DNA of 64,000 nt from Paramoeba atlantica (lineage: Eukaryota > Protista > Discosea). Shown in pieces: positions 52,325-63,406 of this stretch (the stretch's first letter is position 1; each line of letters begins with the position of its first letter). The notes beneath the pieces were generated by a model. The model saw only the letters and a list, made by a program, of their open reading frames with translations. It was not told where the DNA came from and searched no databases. The position numbers and the translations under genes were made by a program. Where the stretch lies: the NCBI GenBank assembly GCA_977017575.1, contig CDRNVI010000041.1:124001-188000 (forward strand). Direction: 5' to 3'.

Positions 52325-55300
52325 TGTTTATTCAATGCAGAATCATATTTAGATCTGCAGAGGTAAATTTCTACCTATGCTACGGTCGCATACGACGACC
52401 CCGCATAGGCTGTTTTACTAGCCTAGCCGCCCCCTTTCCAGTCGGGTGATTCCCGGTTTAGCCAAATAACAAAGCTACTACGAATTGCTTCGCGTATGGC
52501 TTCAAGTTGGCATTCCGTGGACAGCCCTTTGTCACTCCCAAAAAGGCGGGTTACCTGCCGAAGAGAGGAAGCCGGCAATCCTCTTACACCCACCTCCATA
52601 CACAGCAGATGTGTGTTCGGGTGATCCATCCTGCGGCGATGCAATATATTCTGATATTTTTCCGTTTTGCGGCAATGTGCCTCCGCGATGTTGTCTTCCC
52701 AGGGTACGGTCAGTTCAACGATAAATTCAGTTCCATCGTGAAGCCTGACCAGGCCATCTGGACGCAGAGTGGTTTCTAGGTCTGCCCACCAACTTGGGAG
52801 GTTACGGAGGCCCTCGAGGTCGAATGAGGCCCAGGAGGTGTTGGGGGAGCCGACGATCGCGTTCGCAAGGACGCTCAACACTCTGTCATGTCGATACGTG
52901 TAGCGTCCTTGGTCTAAGGATGTCCTGCAACCTGAGAGCAGGTGCCTTAAGGTTTCGGGTGCTGAGTTGCAGATACGGCAGGACACACTATTTGCACCAT
53001 TCTTCCCCCATGTTCTGAGCATGGTCCGGGTAGGAAGTGGGGCTTGGACCATCACATGTGTAGCGAATCTGCTCAGTGAAGTGCTCCTAAGGCCGTTAAT
53101 GGCAGCTGCAAAATCTTTCGCCTGATCTTCCTCCGTGTTCGTGTCCCACCACTGTATGGCAACCGTGGTGCGGCGTCGCAGAGCGTTAATCATACGCTCC
53201 TCGTTCAGGTCAATGAGAGTTTTCCTGGCGCGAGATCGGTCGTTCAAGCAGTGCGTTATGTGAGTTGCGGGCCGTATTTGTCCTTTCAAGCGTCTCTCCT
53301 CTTCTTCCCGTATTTTGTTCCGAAGCACAGCTGCGGCAGCCGGATCTTTGGATTTCTTTAACTGGCACATAAGGTCTGCAGTACATTCATGCCACAGTTG
53401 CGACAGGCTCCTCAGTCCCCATCCGCGCGATGAATAAATTGCTTCGGGACTAGAGCCACGCGCCACGTTAATCCAACGCCGCAGGAAGTTGGTAGAGAGT
53501 TTCTGGAGTCGGAGGACAAAGTTCATAGTGATGCACGGGTGGATCGTAAGCGAGAAGCGCAAGCGGGAGATAATGGCATGCTGATATATCCACAGTCGCG
53601 AAGGGAGGTCGTGGGCGCTCTTATCGATATTTCTGAGCCATGAATTAATGAGAGGACGTAGCTTCATGAACAGCGCACGGGACTGTTGTGCTCCAGGGGC
53701 GATGGTCATGCCCAGAAAGGTGCTACCTGCATCACAGATTTGGGGAATGGGAATGTGATTGACCAGAATTTGTGGACGGCGTGTCATGTAACCTGGGTGT
53801 TCATCGTCCGGTCGCACGGCCATGCATTGTACCCTACTCTTTTTCACGTTTATAGATAAACCTATTTTGCGGAGGATTGAGGATAGGGCTCCAAGTGCGA
53901 TTTGTGACTCCTTCGGGTTGCTGGTGAGGACCGTGAGATCGTCAGCGTAGGCCTTTATAAAGCATTTCGCATTGCCTGGCAGATCGAGTCCGTACGCGGG
54001 AAAGTTAAGTGTCATATAACGCAGTACTACTTCCATGACGATAAGGAATATAGACGGGGAGAGGGTGTCGCCTTGGAGTACCCCACGTTGCACAGGAATT
54101 GTAGAGGAGAGACCTTCATAACACTTTATTTGCGTAGACGCTCCGTTATATAAACTACTGATGTACCCGAGGAGAGTCGGGGAGACCTTGGCCCATTGCA
54201 TCGCCTCAAATATAACATTGTGTGGGACTGAACCGAATGCGTTGGATAGGTCCAGTTGGGCTAAGCAGTATTGGAGCTTGTTCTTTCTGTAGTGCTGCAA
54301 GATTGCATCCAGCGTCTGAGTGTGTTCCAGTGTCCCGTTGATGGCCGGTAGGAAACCCTTTTGGATTGATGGATCAATTACTGCTGCCTCGACCAGATGG
54401 CGGTTTATTTTGCGACTTATGATCGAATGGAGAAGCTTAGCTAGAACACTGATGAGACTGATGGGGCGCCAGTTTTGGGGTTGATCGTGAGCTCCATTTT
54501 TATGAATTAGGCGGGTAACAGAGCATTTCCAGGAAGGTGGGCAAGTGCGATACTTGAGCAACGCGTTGAAGACTGTAGCGATGTGTGAGTGTACGCTGTG
54601 ACACCGTTTTAGGATGGTATATGTGATGGTGTCTTGACCTGGGGCACTACTATTCCTTTTCGAGATTAGAGCGTCGGATATTTCGGTCGGGGTCAGCTCT
54701 TCCCATGACATGTCGACAAGAGGACGGGTCCCAAGCGAGTCAGACGGAGGAATGTGGTATTCCTCTGAAGGAGCAGAAAGTGTATCACCAAAGTGCTTTT
54801 CCACGCTGTGCACATCGCATGTAGGATAGGAGGCTGGGGCTTCAAGACCGATAGGTTTGTCCAATGTTTCGCTAGCGGCGGTCCATGGGTTTCTGTTAAA
54901 GCGTTTCAGTGCCCGGCGTTGTTCGAGTGTTTGCCGCTGTGCGGTGGCCTCCGCATGATAAACCCTTTCACCTTTTTTGGTTTCCTTGATCGTTCGTTTT
55001 AAGGCGTTCCTGTCTGCCTTTCCATGTGTATAGCGTAGTTTTGTCTGCAGTTCTTTTAGGTGCCGGGAGAAGGACGAGGCTATTTTTTCGCTTTCCAAGG
55101 GTCTGCATCGGGTCTTTGCGTGACCTTTCTTTGTGCGGATTAAAAAGCCTTTCGTGGGATTCACGTCGCGAGCAACCTCGTAGGTAGAGACAGATAGTAT
55201 GGAGCTCAGGAGTTCGGCGTTCCTAACGGCGGAATCTATGTCTTGTTCAGGAGTGAGTAATGCACTACACCTTTTGAGAGCCTTGGTCTCAACGTCGTGC

Positions 55301-57977
55301 CACTGTGCGTCCGTTAAGTTGATACATATCTTTCCCCCTTGGATGTACCTGGCTGTTCGGAGTAGGTAATCGAGATCCTGTTCTTTATACTCCTGCAGGT
55401 CTGGTGGAACCGCCGAGCGAGGTACTTTGGATTCCTGGGCAGAGCTGGTCTCGGCGGCAGTGGAACCTGCAGTTGGAGGAGCAGCGGGACCGAAGACTTT
55501 ACAGCAACGATGAGCACACCCGAGTTTGTCGCGGCAGGTGTGGCGGCAGGGTTGTGCAAAGGATTGCAAAGAGGGTACACGACTGGGTGGGTCTGCTATG
55601 CGATATGCTGGAAGCTCCGGAATAGCTTCTAAGACCGGCGGAGTTTCGTCGATGGGTGTGTGTCGATGTAGGGTTATCACATAATCTGCAAGCCCGGGAA
55701 TTTCGGAGCCGTTTAGTCTCTTAAGAACGGCTTTACTGAGAGTACCCGGAGAGGAATAGTAATCTGAAAGTTTTAGGACTGCATCCTGGTACAGAGATAC
55801 CCAACTGGAGTGGCGCGAAGACTTGTCCGGGCTTCCGACTTTGTGAATTGTAATGAAATCGCACGCCCCATGGTCCATCAGTTCTTCTACGGAACATCCT
55901 CTTACTATGATGTCGTGCGTGGGGTTGCCAGAGTTCAGCGCCTTCGAAATGGCTGCCTGCGCTCCCTGCAGGGAGCTAATCCTGCTGCGTGTGATTTGAC
56001 TTTCGCAGGCAGCTCGTACGTCCGGAAAATATAACCATTCTTGGGCACTTGCTAGGCGAAGTTTCAGAGGCTTTGATCGGGATTGTATAAAATGTAGGCA
56101 TTGTTTCCCTTTCTCTGTCGAGCGACGTCTTTCTACAGGGACCCCCGAATTCCCAGAAGGCACGTCGTGAGGGACCTTCTCGAATACCCATTCCGGAACT
56201 TCGTCGTCCGCAGTGCAGAGAGGGAACGGTGGTTCTGTCAAGAGTCCTTCTGAGTCGTCGGTATGGTGGGGTGACTTTATACGATTAATAAGTAGTTTCT
56301 CTACGCCGCGGCGTGTGGGACTAGGCGTGAACGAGACGTTCCAGGACTCCGGCACTATCGAAAGATTCTGTGGCGGCGATAAAGGGGCAGGGAGGTACGG
56401 GACTTTCTCTGCTTTGGAGTTGTCGGAAGTGTCCACCCCTGCGTCGTGCTCGGGCGTGCTGCTGGGATGGTCGCGATATGGTTCATCAGTTATCCGGTCT
56501 GGGGGGTGCTTTTCGGTATCAGAGGAAGAGATACGTGCGGGTGACGATGTTGTGATGCCAGGGGTAAGCCCTCTTTTGCAGCAAAGGTGGCCACACGTGG
56601 TTTTGTCCTTACAGGGATGTTTACATGGTAGATTGTATGGGTTCTGAGGCTCTGGTTCGGGCTGTCGAGCGCTGAGGCGCAATGTCGGTCCTTCCTGCAG
56701 CTTTTCTATAGCGAATTCGGGAGGTTCTCGCTTGGGAGATAGTTGGGACCCTCGGTTTACGGTCTTGGGAGTCATCTTTCTGAGAGGCGGTGGTTTCGCT
56801 CGTGCTTCCGTGGGAGGGATGCCAAGGAGGCCTTTACATAATTCATACGCAAGATTGATAGCTGTTGAGGAGATAGTATGTTGTTTTCCTTCCGGAGGAG
56901 AAGAAGGGGATTTCCGAAAGGTGGGCACCTTACTTGCTTCACGCTGATCAGCTCTGTTGGCATGCGTTGTAGCAGGGTTGTCGCTGTTTGATCTGGCGAT
57001 TCCTGGGGCAATCAATTTTCTCTTCGCCGACATTTCTCCCTCGACGTGTTTCCTTGAGCGTTCGTAGTGGTTGGAGCCCTCGCTTGTGGATCTGCCGCTG
57101 GGTGAAAACACTTCCGTGTTCGAGGAGTTCTGCGCAGTTTGGGGTTTGTCCGCACATTGAAATATGGGCTTGGTCAAGTGGCGCAGTACTTTCACCATAA
57201 AGCCCCCAGAGTCTCCTGCCAGATTTTGACTCCCATTGTCGCGCGTACTGCTTTGTGGATCTAGTCTAGGTGCACTACCGGCGCTCGTACAAGTGGTGTG
57301 GAGGTGACGTTTACAACAGGGGTGCCCGCAGTTCGCCTTATCCTTGCAGATATGTTTGCACGGGGCGATAGGTTCAGGTACATCCTTTACTACTTCAGAT
57401 GATGGGGCTTCAGAGGACATTGTGTTTGTTTCCGTCCTCCTCGTTACATCGGGAACAGTATTCCCTTGGGATACATGTGTGGTACTATCTTCGGGAACAC
57501 AGGTAGGAAGAAGATGTCGTTTACAACATGGGTGGCCGCACAGACTCTTGTCTTTGCAGGGATGCTTGCATTGTGAAATGTTAAGGGGCTGAGTGGACGG
57601 CGGATTCGGCGCAGTCTTGCAGCAGGGATGGCCGCATTTTGTTTTCTCCTTACAAGTATGTTTACATCGCCGGGTCGTATTTATTGCGGTTTCCTTCTTT
57701 TCAGTGTTTGTTTTCAGTGAACCTCTCATAGGAGCTTTGGAGCTGACTCGGTAGGAGTTTGCATGTTGAGCTGCATGTTCCTTGGCCTTGCGTTCAGCAC
57801 CTGTCAGAGAGGTGGCGGATCGGCTAGTTACGTTGCCTAGTCTCTTATGAGAGTCCTGCAACGCCTGTGAGATTTCCCCACTTCTGGCATGTGGCGAGGT
57901 CATGAAGGGTCGTAAAAGTAGGGGAAAATAAAAGTCAACAAGGTACAGAAACTATATCGCTGCTAGATGTGGATGGT
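52325..57977 (-). mobile_element. Apparently intact RLE-type non-LTR retrotransposon (HERO/NeSL/R4-like); single ORF 52423-57903
   Basis: APGQD, WRPISL, QKGF, LDLSNAFGSV, GVLQGDTLSP, AYADD; CRIC..ETLRHLLSGC, RYTYRHDRVL, RPDGL..VELTVPWE..KTEKY; structured 3' UTR with AATAAA; no TSD found. Confidence 0.93.
57936..57977 (-). other. Spliced-leader-like sequence at the retroelement 5' end
   Basis: Minus strand ACCATCCACATCTAGCAGCGATATAGTTTCTGTACCTTGTTG; last 23 nt match the trypanosomatid SL 3' end GATACAGTTTCTGTACTATATTG at 19/23. Confidence 0.72.
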
Positions 57978-58014
57978 AAAAGGCTATGTTACGATCTTTC
58001 TATAAAACATGATA

Positions 58015-58138
58015 CTCCCCCTCTCATTAATAATTATAGACCTAAAAATCATTAAAGGGATCGTTTATAGAAATTTAATGAAACAATAATTCTGAGTCTC
58101 ACTTTTATAATTAAAAACCTTAAATTCTTCATTTTTGT
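58015..58138. mobile_element. Solo left end of the CTCCCCCTCTC-TIR family
   Basis: Collinear with 21606-21728. Confidence 0.8.
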
Positions 58139-58219
58139 ACTTATTAAAGCTTCCGCGAACCCTGTTTCATATCTCTAGTACCTCTATCACAATATTTTTT
58201 ACAGCATAAATTTTGTGTC

Positions 58220-60253
58220 ATGTTTCCTGAGGTACGAAGTTTAACTCAGGTCGCGAAGTTGTTCCCGAACACAGTGGAAGGAATAAAAAAGATTGCGACG
58301 ACGGCTCAAACCGAGGCACTGCAATGTATTCGTTCCATTGTGGGCACGAACTCCACAACATGGGATTCCGTAATATCGCAACAAGATCGTTCCCTGGCTT
58401 CTTTTGCCGTGACACAAAATATTCTTGGAGTGATTAAAGAAACCTCACCGAATGCCGAGATTCGCGAGTCGGCACGAAGCTACTACCTTGAACTTGAGAA
58501 CTTCGGAATCGAGCAGTTTCAATGTAATCGAAAGCTATATCAAAAATTTAATGAGTGCGCGAAGTCATGCGTCGCAGAATATAGTACGAACGCATGTCGC
58601 TCGTACTACGTACAGGAGACAGCATCTGTCTATCGTCGGTTGGGCTTGGAATTGCCCGAGGAACAGTTTGAAAAGGTGCTCGAGGTTCAACGCAAAATAT
58701 CACAACTGCGAACCGATTTCCAGAAACAGATTGCTGAAGATACCCGAAAAATTGTTGTATCCGTAGATGAGCTCCGAGGTGTACCTTTAGACACGATACA
58801 AACGTTGAAGATGGATTCCGAGAACAGAGATTCTTACCTTGTAGGTACCGATTATCCAACGTATTTTTCCATCATGCGAAACTGTCAAGTGGAATCTACG
58901 CGGCAAAGTCTTGCAGAGGCCTTTGACAGCAGAGCCTTCCCAGCGAACGAGAAAATCCTCGCAGAGCTGATTCACTGCAGACACGTCCTGGCACAACTTG
59001 TTGGCTACGAAAGTTACGCCTCCCTTGATTTGGAAGACAAAATGGTGGGGTCTCCGACTGCCGCACAGGATTTCCTGCAAGAGTTAATCCCACCTCTCCG
59101 CAAAAAATGGAGCAAAGAATATGAAATTCTTAAAGACAATCTCCCGGGCGGCGTTACCCTCTCCTCGGAGGGTCGCATAAAATCGTGGGATCTGATGTAC
59201 GTGATTCATCAATACAAGACGAAGCACTTGCAGGTGGACGAAAATCTACTGAAGGAGTACTTCCCCCTGTCGGTCACGGTGGACGGGTTGTTCCACGTGC
59301 TCAGCTCATTTCTAGATTTGCACTTGGAAAAAGTTCACGACGTCGAGTTCTGGGATCCCCAAGTTTTTGCGCTTCGCGTCACCTCTCGTGCCTCAGGAAA
59401 TCTCGTTGGTCACATCGTGTTGGACTTATTTCCCCGGGAGGGGAAATACTCCCACGCATGCTGTTGTGGGATTGTCCCAAGTGTGAACGATGGTGAGTCT
59501 TTCACCCCCGCTGTAGCGGTGGTGTTAGCCAACTTTCCTGTAGCTGTGGGCGATACTCCAGCACTGTTCACGCACAATGATGTTGTAACCTTCTTTCACG
59601 AGATGGGGCATGCGTTCCACATGTTACTTGGGCGTAGCGAGATGTGTACGATGGCAGGGTATAACGTAAAAACTGATTTCGTCGAAATGCCGTCACAAAT
59701 TTTGGAATACTGGATGTGGGAATCGTCCATTTTGCGAGAAATCTCAAGTCATTACAGGACGAAAGAGCCCTTGCCAGATGCACTGATTCAGGCTAAAATT
59801 GATGCTCGGAATTTTTTCGCTGGGAGGGATACGTTACGACAAATTATCTTTGCTACTCTTTCGTTACGTCTCTACAACGCCCAGTTTGCCGCACAAGACG
59901 TCAGCATGATGCAACCCGAGAAGGAGATGAAAAAACTCACCGAAGAACTCCTACCCGGCATTGAAACACTCCCGAATTCTCACTTCACTTGCAGCTTTGG
60001 TCATCTTGAGGGTTACGGCGCTGCGTACTATGGATATTTGTATGCAGAAGTGTTTGCCGCTGATGTCTTTCATTCTCTGCACGAACGAAAAGGTCTTCTT
60101 AGTCCTGTTGAAGGTAAAAACTATGTAAAAGCCATCATCGGAGTCGGAGGTTCCTCACACCCCAGCATTATGTTACGACGCTATTTAGGTCGGGATCCCA
60201 ACAGTGCAGCTTTTTGGAAGAAAATTGGAGTCACTCAGCCAAAAAATGAATGA
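58220..60253 (+). CDS. M3A metallopeptidase (thimet oligopeptidase/oligopeptidase A type)
   Basis: DLFPREGKYSHA, FFHEMGHAFH, DFVEMPSQILEYW, GYGAAYYGYLYAEV. Confidence 0.93.
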   Translation: MFPEVRSLTQVAKLFPNTVEGIKKIATTAQTEALQCIRSIVGTNSTTWDSVISQQDRSLASFAVTQNILGVIKETSPNAEIRESARSYYLELENFGIEQFQCNRKLYQKFNECAKSCVAEYSTNACRSYYVQETASVYRRLGLELPEEQFEKVLEVQRKISQLRTDFQKQIAEDTRKIVVSVDELRGVPLDTIQTLKMDSENRDSYLVGTDYPTYFSIMRNCQVESTRQSLAEAFDSRAFPANEKILAELIHCRHVLAQLVGYESYASLDLEDKMVGSPTAAQDFLQELIPPLRKKWSKEYEILKDNLPGGVTLSSEGRIKSWDLMYVIHQYKTKHLQVDENLLKEYFPLSVTVDGLFHVLSSFLDLHLEKVHDVEFWDPQVFALRVTSRASGNLVGHIVLDLFPREGKYSHACCCGIVPSVNDGESFTPAVAVVLANFPVAVGDTPALFTHNDVVTFFHEMGHAFHMLLGRSEMCTMAGYNVKTDFVEMPSQILEYWMWESSILREISSHYRTKEPLPDALIQAKIDARNFFAGRDTLRQIIFATLSLRLYNAQFAAQDVSMMQPEKEMKKLTEELLPGIETLPNSHFTCSFGHLEGYGAAYYGYLYAEVFAADVFHSLHERKGLLSPVEGKNYVKAIIGVGGSSHPSIMLRRYLGRDPNSAAFWKKIGVTQPKNE

Positions 60254-60721
60254 AAGCGGAAGGCACTCTGCACTCAATCAATGATATTATGGAAGGACGC
60301 GTCCTCTGGTTACTTTATTCCCTGTTGTAAATCGTGTAGGGTAAATGGTTGCCTTGAGGCCGTGATGTTCACCTACTCTTGTTTTTTTTAATCTTCATTG
60401 GCCTCTGTGGTGTCCTAAAAATCAATGAAATGAATTTAGTGGTTAAGCGAACTTGTCTACACACCTGTTTGTAGAATGGCGTGCAAATTTTTGCCTTATT
60501 TTTGATTCTTTCTGAATCTACATTCCAGGTCCCGAAAGATACTCGAACATACATTTCTAATTTTATGAGCCCGTTTTGTGAACCATATTTCAAACTTGAT
60601 CATGTTATTTTCCATTTTTTTTTAGCTAAGCTAATTTTCTATTCTATTCTATTCTTCGGATCGATACAGCGAACTCGACGATAAACGAACCCGCAACCTA
60701 TCTTGATCATCATCGATATTT

Positions 60722-61147
60722 ATGATCTCCCCCTCCGCTTATCTCTATGGTGAAACTGCTGCTGTTGTGGAGAATTCCGGAAGGCCACACACCGCTCGCG
60801 CGTCACTCACACCCAAAGGGGGACCTCTCACCGGCTTCCGCATGTGTGCCACATCCCACAAGGAGATGAATTACCGAAAGGAGCGTCTGGGCTGGAAGGC
60901 GTACAACTATACCGACCCGTTCCTACCATTCCAGTCCAAACGGCCGAGCAGGCATGTGGAGACGATCCATCCTGGCTCATGGTTTGGCGCTGGACATTAT
61001 AACATTCGAAAGTCGTATTGGGTAATGTACTCGTGGTTACCCATGACAGGGATTATAGGCGGGGGTCTAGGTTACGCGGTCTACATGACGAAGATGATGC
61101 GAAATGGGTGGGTTTTGAAGAATCAAGGCGCTGTGGTGGGAGATTGA
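60722..61147 (+). CDS. Hypothetical small protein with one predicted C-terminal membrane segment
   Basis: 141-aa ATG ORF on the cluster strand; hydrophobic Gly-rich WLPMTGIIGGGLGYAVYM. Confidence 0.6.
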   Translation: MISPSAYLYGETAAVVENSGRPHTARASLTPKGGPLTGFRMCATSHKEMNYRKERLGWKAYNYTDPFLPFQSKRPSRHVETIHPGSWFGAGHYNIRKSYWVMYSWLPMTGIIGGGLGYAVYMTKMMRNGWVLKNQGAVVGD

Positions 61148-61670
61148 AAGCCTTATGTGTACAAATAATGTAAAAATGACTACTATTATTCTCGTACGTT
61201 CGTGAATACCGATCGTACGTGTACAATGAACGATATACCAGGTATTTCGTTTATTCTATGTTGCTGATTACGCGCAGAACTAGCTTGTGTGAATATGCTG
61301 TGATCCCATTAACTTCGTATAACTCCCTAAAACTCTTTTTATCGTACCTTTTGTTGCCCACCATTTCTTATTCTTACAATGCAAAATTCAAGTAAAACCT
61401 ACTATGAAAAGCACATCTTAAAAAATTGAGAAAAATTGATTTGTTTGCGTCTGATTGTGCTCCTTAAACTAAACAACACGAAATAGAAAGTCCGTAAATG
61501 TGGCCTCTTCTATATCTGCCATATCTTTTTCATTTTATGCACTTTTCAGATTTTATGCACTTTTTATCTGCTTTCCTGTTGAAAGCGAATGAAACTATTT
61601 GGACCAGAGCCTCATCCTAAGAAGCCACCGAGTTAATTTGCGAAAGAAAAGTCGACACTCCTACGCACCG

Positions 61671-62780
61671 ATGCCATTGTCCTCACTCTACGAAGGCTAT
61701 CACTCGCGATACGACGAGGCACGCACGAAAACTTTTCGCGGTGCCTCCTTTACCCTTCTTTTATGTCTTTTCATGGGCCTTGTTCTGTGGATCGAGACCG
61801 ACTACTACCTCTCAACCGAGACCATCTCACACGTTAGTAACTCCCTCGAGGTCGAACACCAAATCCCACTCAACTTCAACATGACCTTTCCAGCAGCACA
61901 CTGTGACGAACTCTACTTTGAGCTTCACGACGCCTCGGGGGTTGTCCGCAATATTAACGACAACGTCTCGCGTGTCCCGCTGCTCACTCCCTTCAATGCG
62001 CAATCGACACGTCCCGTTCAAAAGCCTAAACCTCATACGTGTGGTTCTTGCTACGGTGCAGAGTCGAACGATTTACAGTGCTGTGAGAGTTGTGAGGACA
62101 TAATCCGCGCATATCTCACGAAAGGGTGGATGCCACTTCCTTTGGAACACTACTCACAGTGTGTGACCGAGGTACCGTACACCCACGAGGGCTCCGGTTG
62201 TCGCGTCTCGGCTTGCATACCCGTGACACTCCCGAAAGGGAGCCTTCGCATTCACTCGGGACCGATGCGATCGGTAGCGGGTATCACCGTACTGGACGCT
62301 CAACTTCATACAAACAACCAACCTGAAAGAGAGGCTCGACCCGATGTGGATGTTCGTCACTCGTTTCACCACCTGAGTTTTGGGGATACGCCAGACACAG
62401 TGGCATCCACCATCTCGGGATTTGTTACCCCTGAGTCAGGCCATTCGTATGTGCATCACTATATTCTGCAAGCCGTACGCACGATGTTATGCAACCGCAA
62501 CGGTACGGTGTGGAATCACACACAGTACAGTGTAGCGAGGCATGTAAAAGAAATAACGGAGCAGGCACCTCACATTCCTGGAGTTTACCTAAGCTATGAA
62601 TTTAGTCCACTACTTCTTCGCGTTACGCAACGCTCGCCGTACCGTAGCATATTCCACTTTCTGCTGTATCTTAGTTCAATTGCTGCCGGGGTTTATGTCG
62701 CATTGTCTGTGGTTGAATCTTTGTGTCATTATGGAATGCATCACTGGCGCAAAAAAGCCCAAATTGGGAAGCAAGCCTGA
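61671..62780 (+). CDS. ERGIC/Erv46-family COPII vesicle protein (ORF track starts at TTG 61599)
   Basis: RTKTFRGASFTL, LNFNMTFPAAHC, CGSCYGAE..CCESCEDI..AY..KGW, EGSGC, HHLSFG, PGVYLSYEFSPL. Confidence 0.9.
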   Translation: MPLSSLYEGYHSRYDEARTKTFRGASFTLLLCLFMGLVLWIETDYYLSTETISHVSNSLEVEHQIPLNFNMTFPAAHCDELYFELHDASGVVRNINDNVSRVPLLTPFNAQSTRPVQKPKPHTCGSCYGAESNDLQCCESCEDIIRAYLTKGWMPLPLEHYSQCVTEVPYTHEGSGCRVSACIPVTLPKGSLRIHSGPMRSVAGITVLDAQLHTNNQPEREARPDVDVRHSFHHLSFGDTPDTVASTISGFVTPESGHSYVHHYILQAVRTMLCNRNGTVWNHTQYSVARHVKEITEQAPHIPGVYLSYEFSPLLLRVTQRSPYRSIFHFLLYLSSIAAGVYVALSVVESLCHYGMHHWRKKAQIGKQA

Positions 62781-63007
62781 CCGAGACTGATATAGAATTA
62801 TGAAGCTACTCCCCACTTCTTATAGACATGCTTTCTATAAACCAATTCACTTATGACGACAAAAGGTTTAAGCTGTCTTTCATGATATAGCTACTTTGTA
62901 GTTACATTGCGTATTTCTTCCATGAAAGATTTTAAGCTTTGACACCTAAGGATTTTACTACAAAGGGATTTGATAGCAAGAGCAAACTACACATTTACAG
63001 AACTTAT

Positions 63008-63406
63008 ATGACTTCAGAAGATTCTTTGCCTAATCAACCTAATGGGCTTCCTATATCTAGCGTAAGATGGAATGAACACATGAGTCAGAACGAGATCGAT
63101 CGAGTTCATCCTCCCGCTTCGACGCAGGAAATGCTGGTCCAGCAAGAAGCACAGATTGAATCTCTTGGCGGGGGTGTACAGCGAGTACGTGAGGCAGCCG
63201 AGGATATTCGCTTCGCTTTAGAAGAGGATGAAGGAGCAAGAAAAGATCTTGAAGGCTCTTTAGATAAATTAATGTCCAAGGTACAAGCTCTGAATCTTCG
63301 AGTGAGCAAGTTTCTTAGTCGGCAATCGACGAAAACGAAGCTAGTTTGTATCATTATTGGTATATTAATACTTACTTTGCTTTTGATTTTTGCTTTACTA
63401 GTCTGA
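63008..63406 (+). CDS. Qc-type SNARE (syntaxin-6/8-like) with C-terminal anchor (ORF track starts at TTG 62939)
   Basis: QQEAQIESLGGGVQRVRE..I..ALEE heptad SNARE motif and terminal hydrophobic helix. Confidence 0.75.
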   Translation: MTSEDSLPNQPNGLPISSVRWNEHMSQNEIDRVHPPASTQEMLVQQEAQIESLGGGVQRVREAAEDIRFALEEDEGARKDLEGSLDKLMSKVQALNLRVSKFLSRQSTKTKLVCIIIGILILTLLLIFALLV

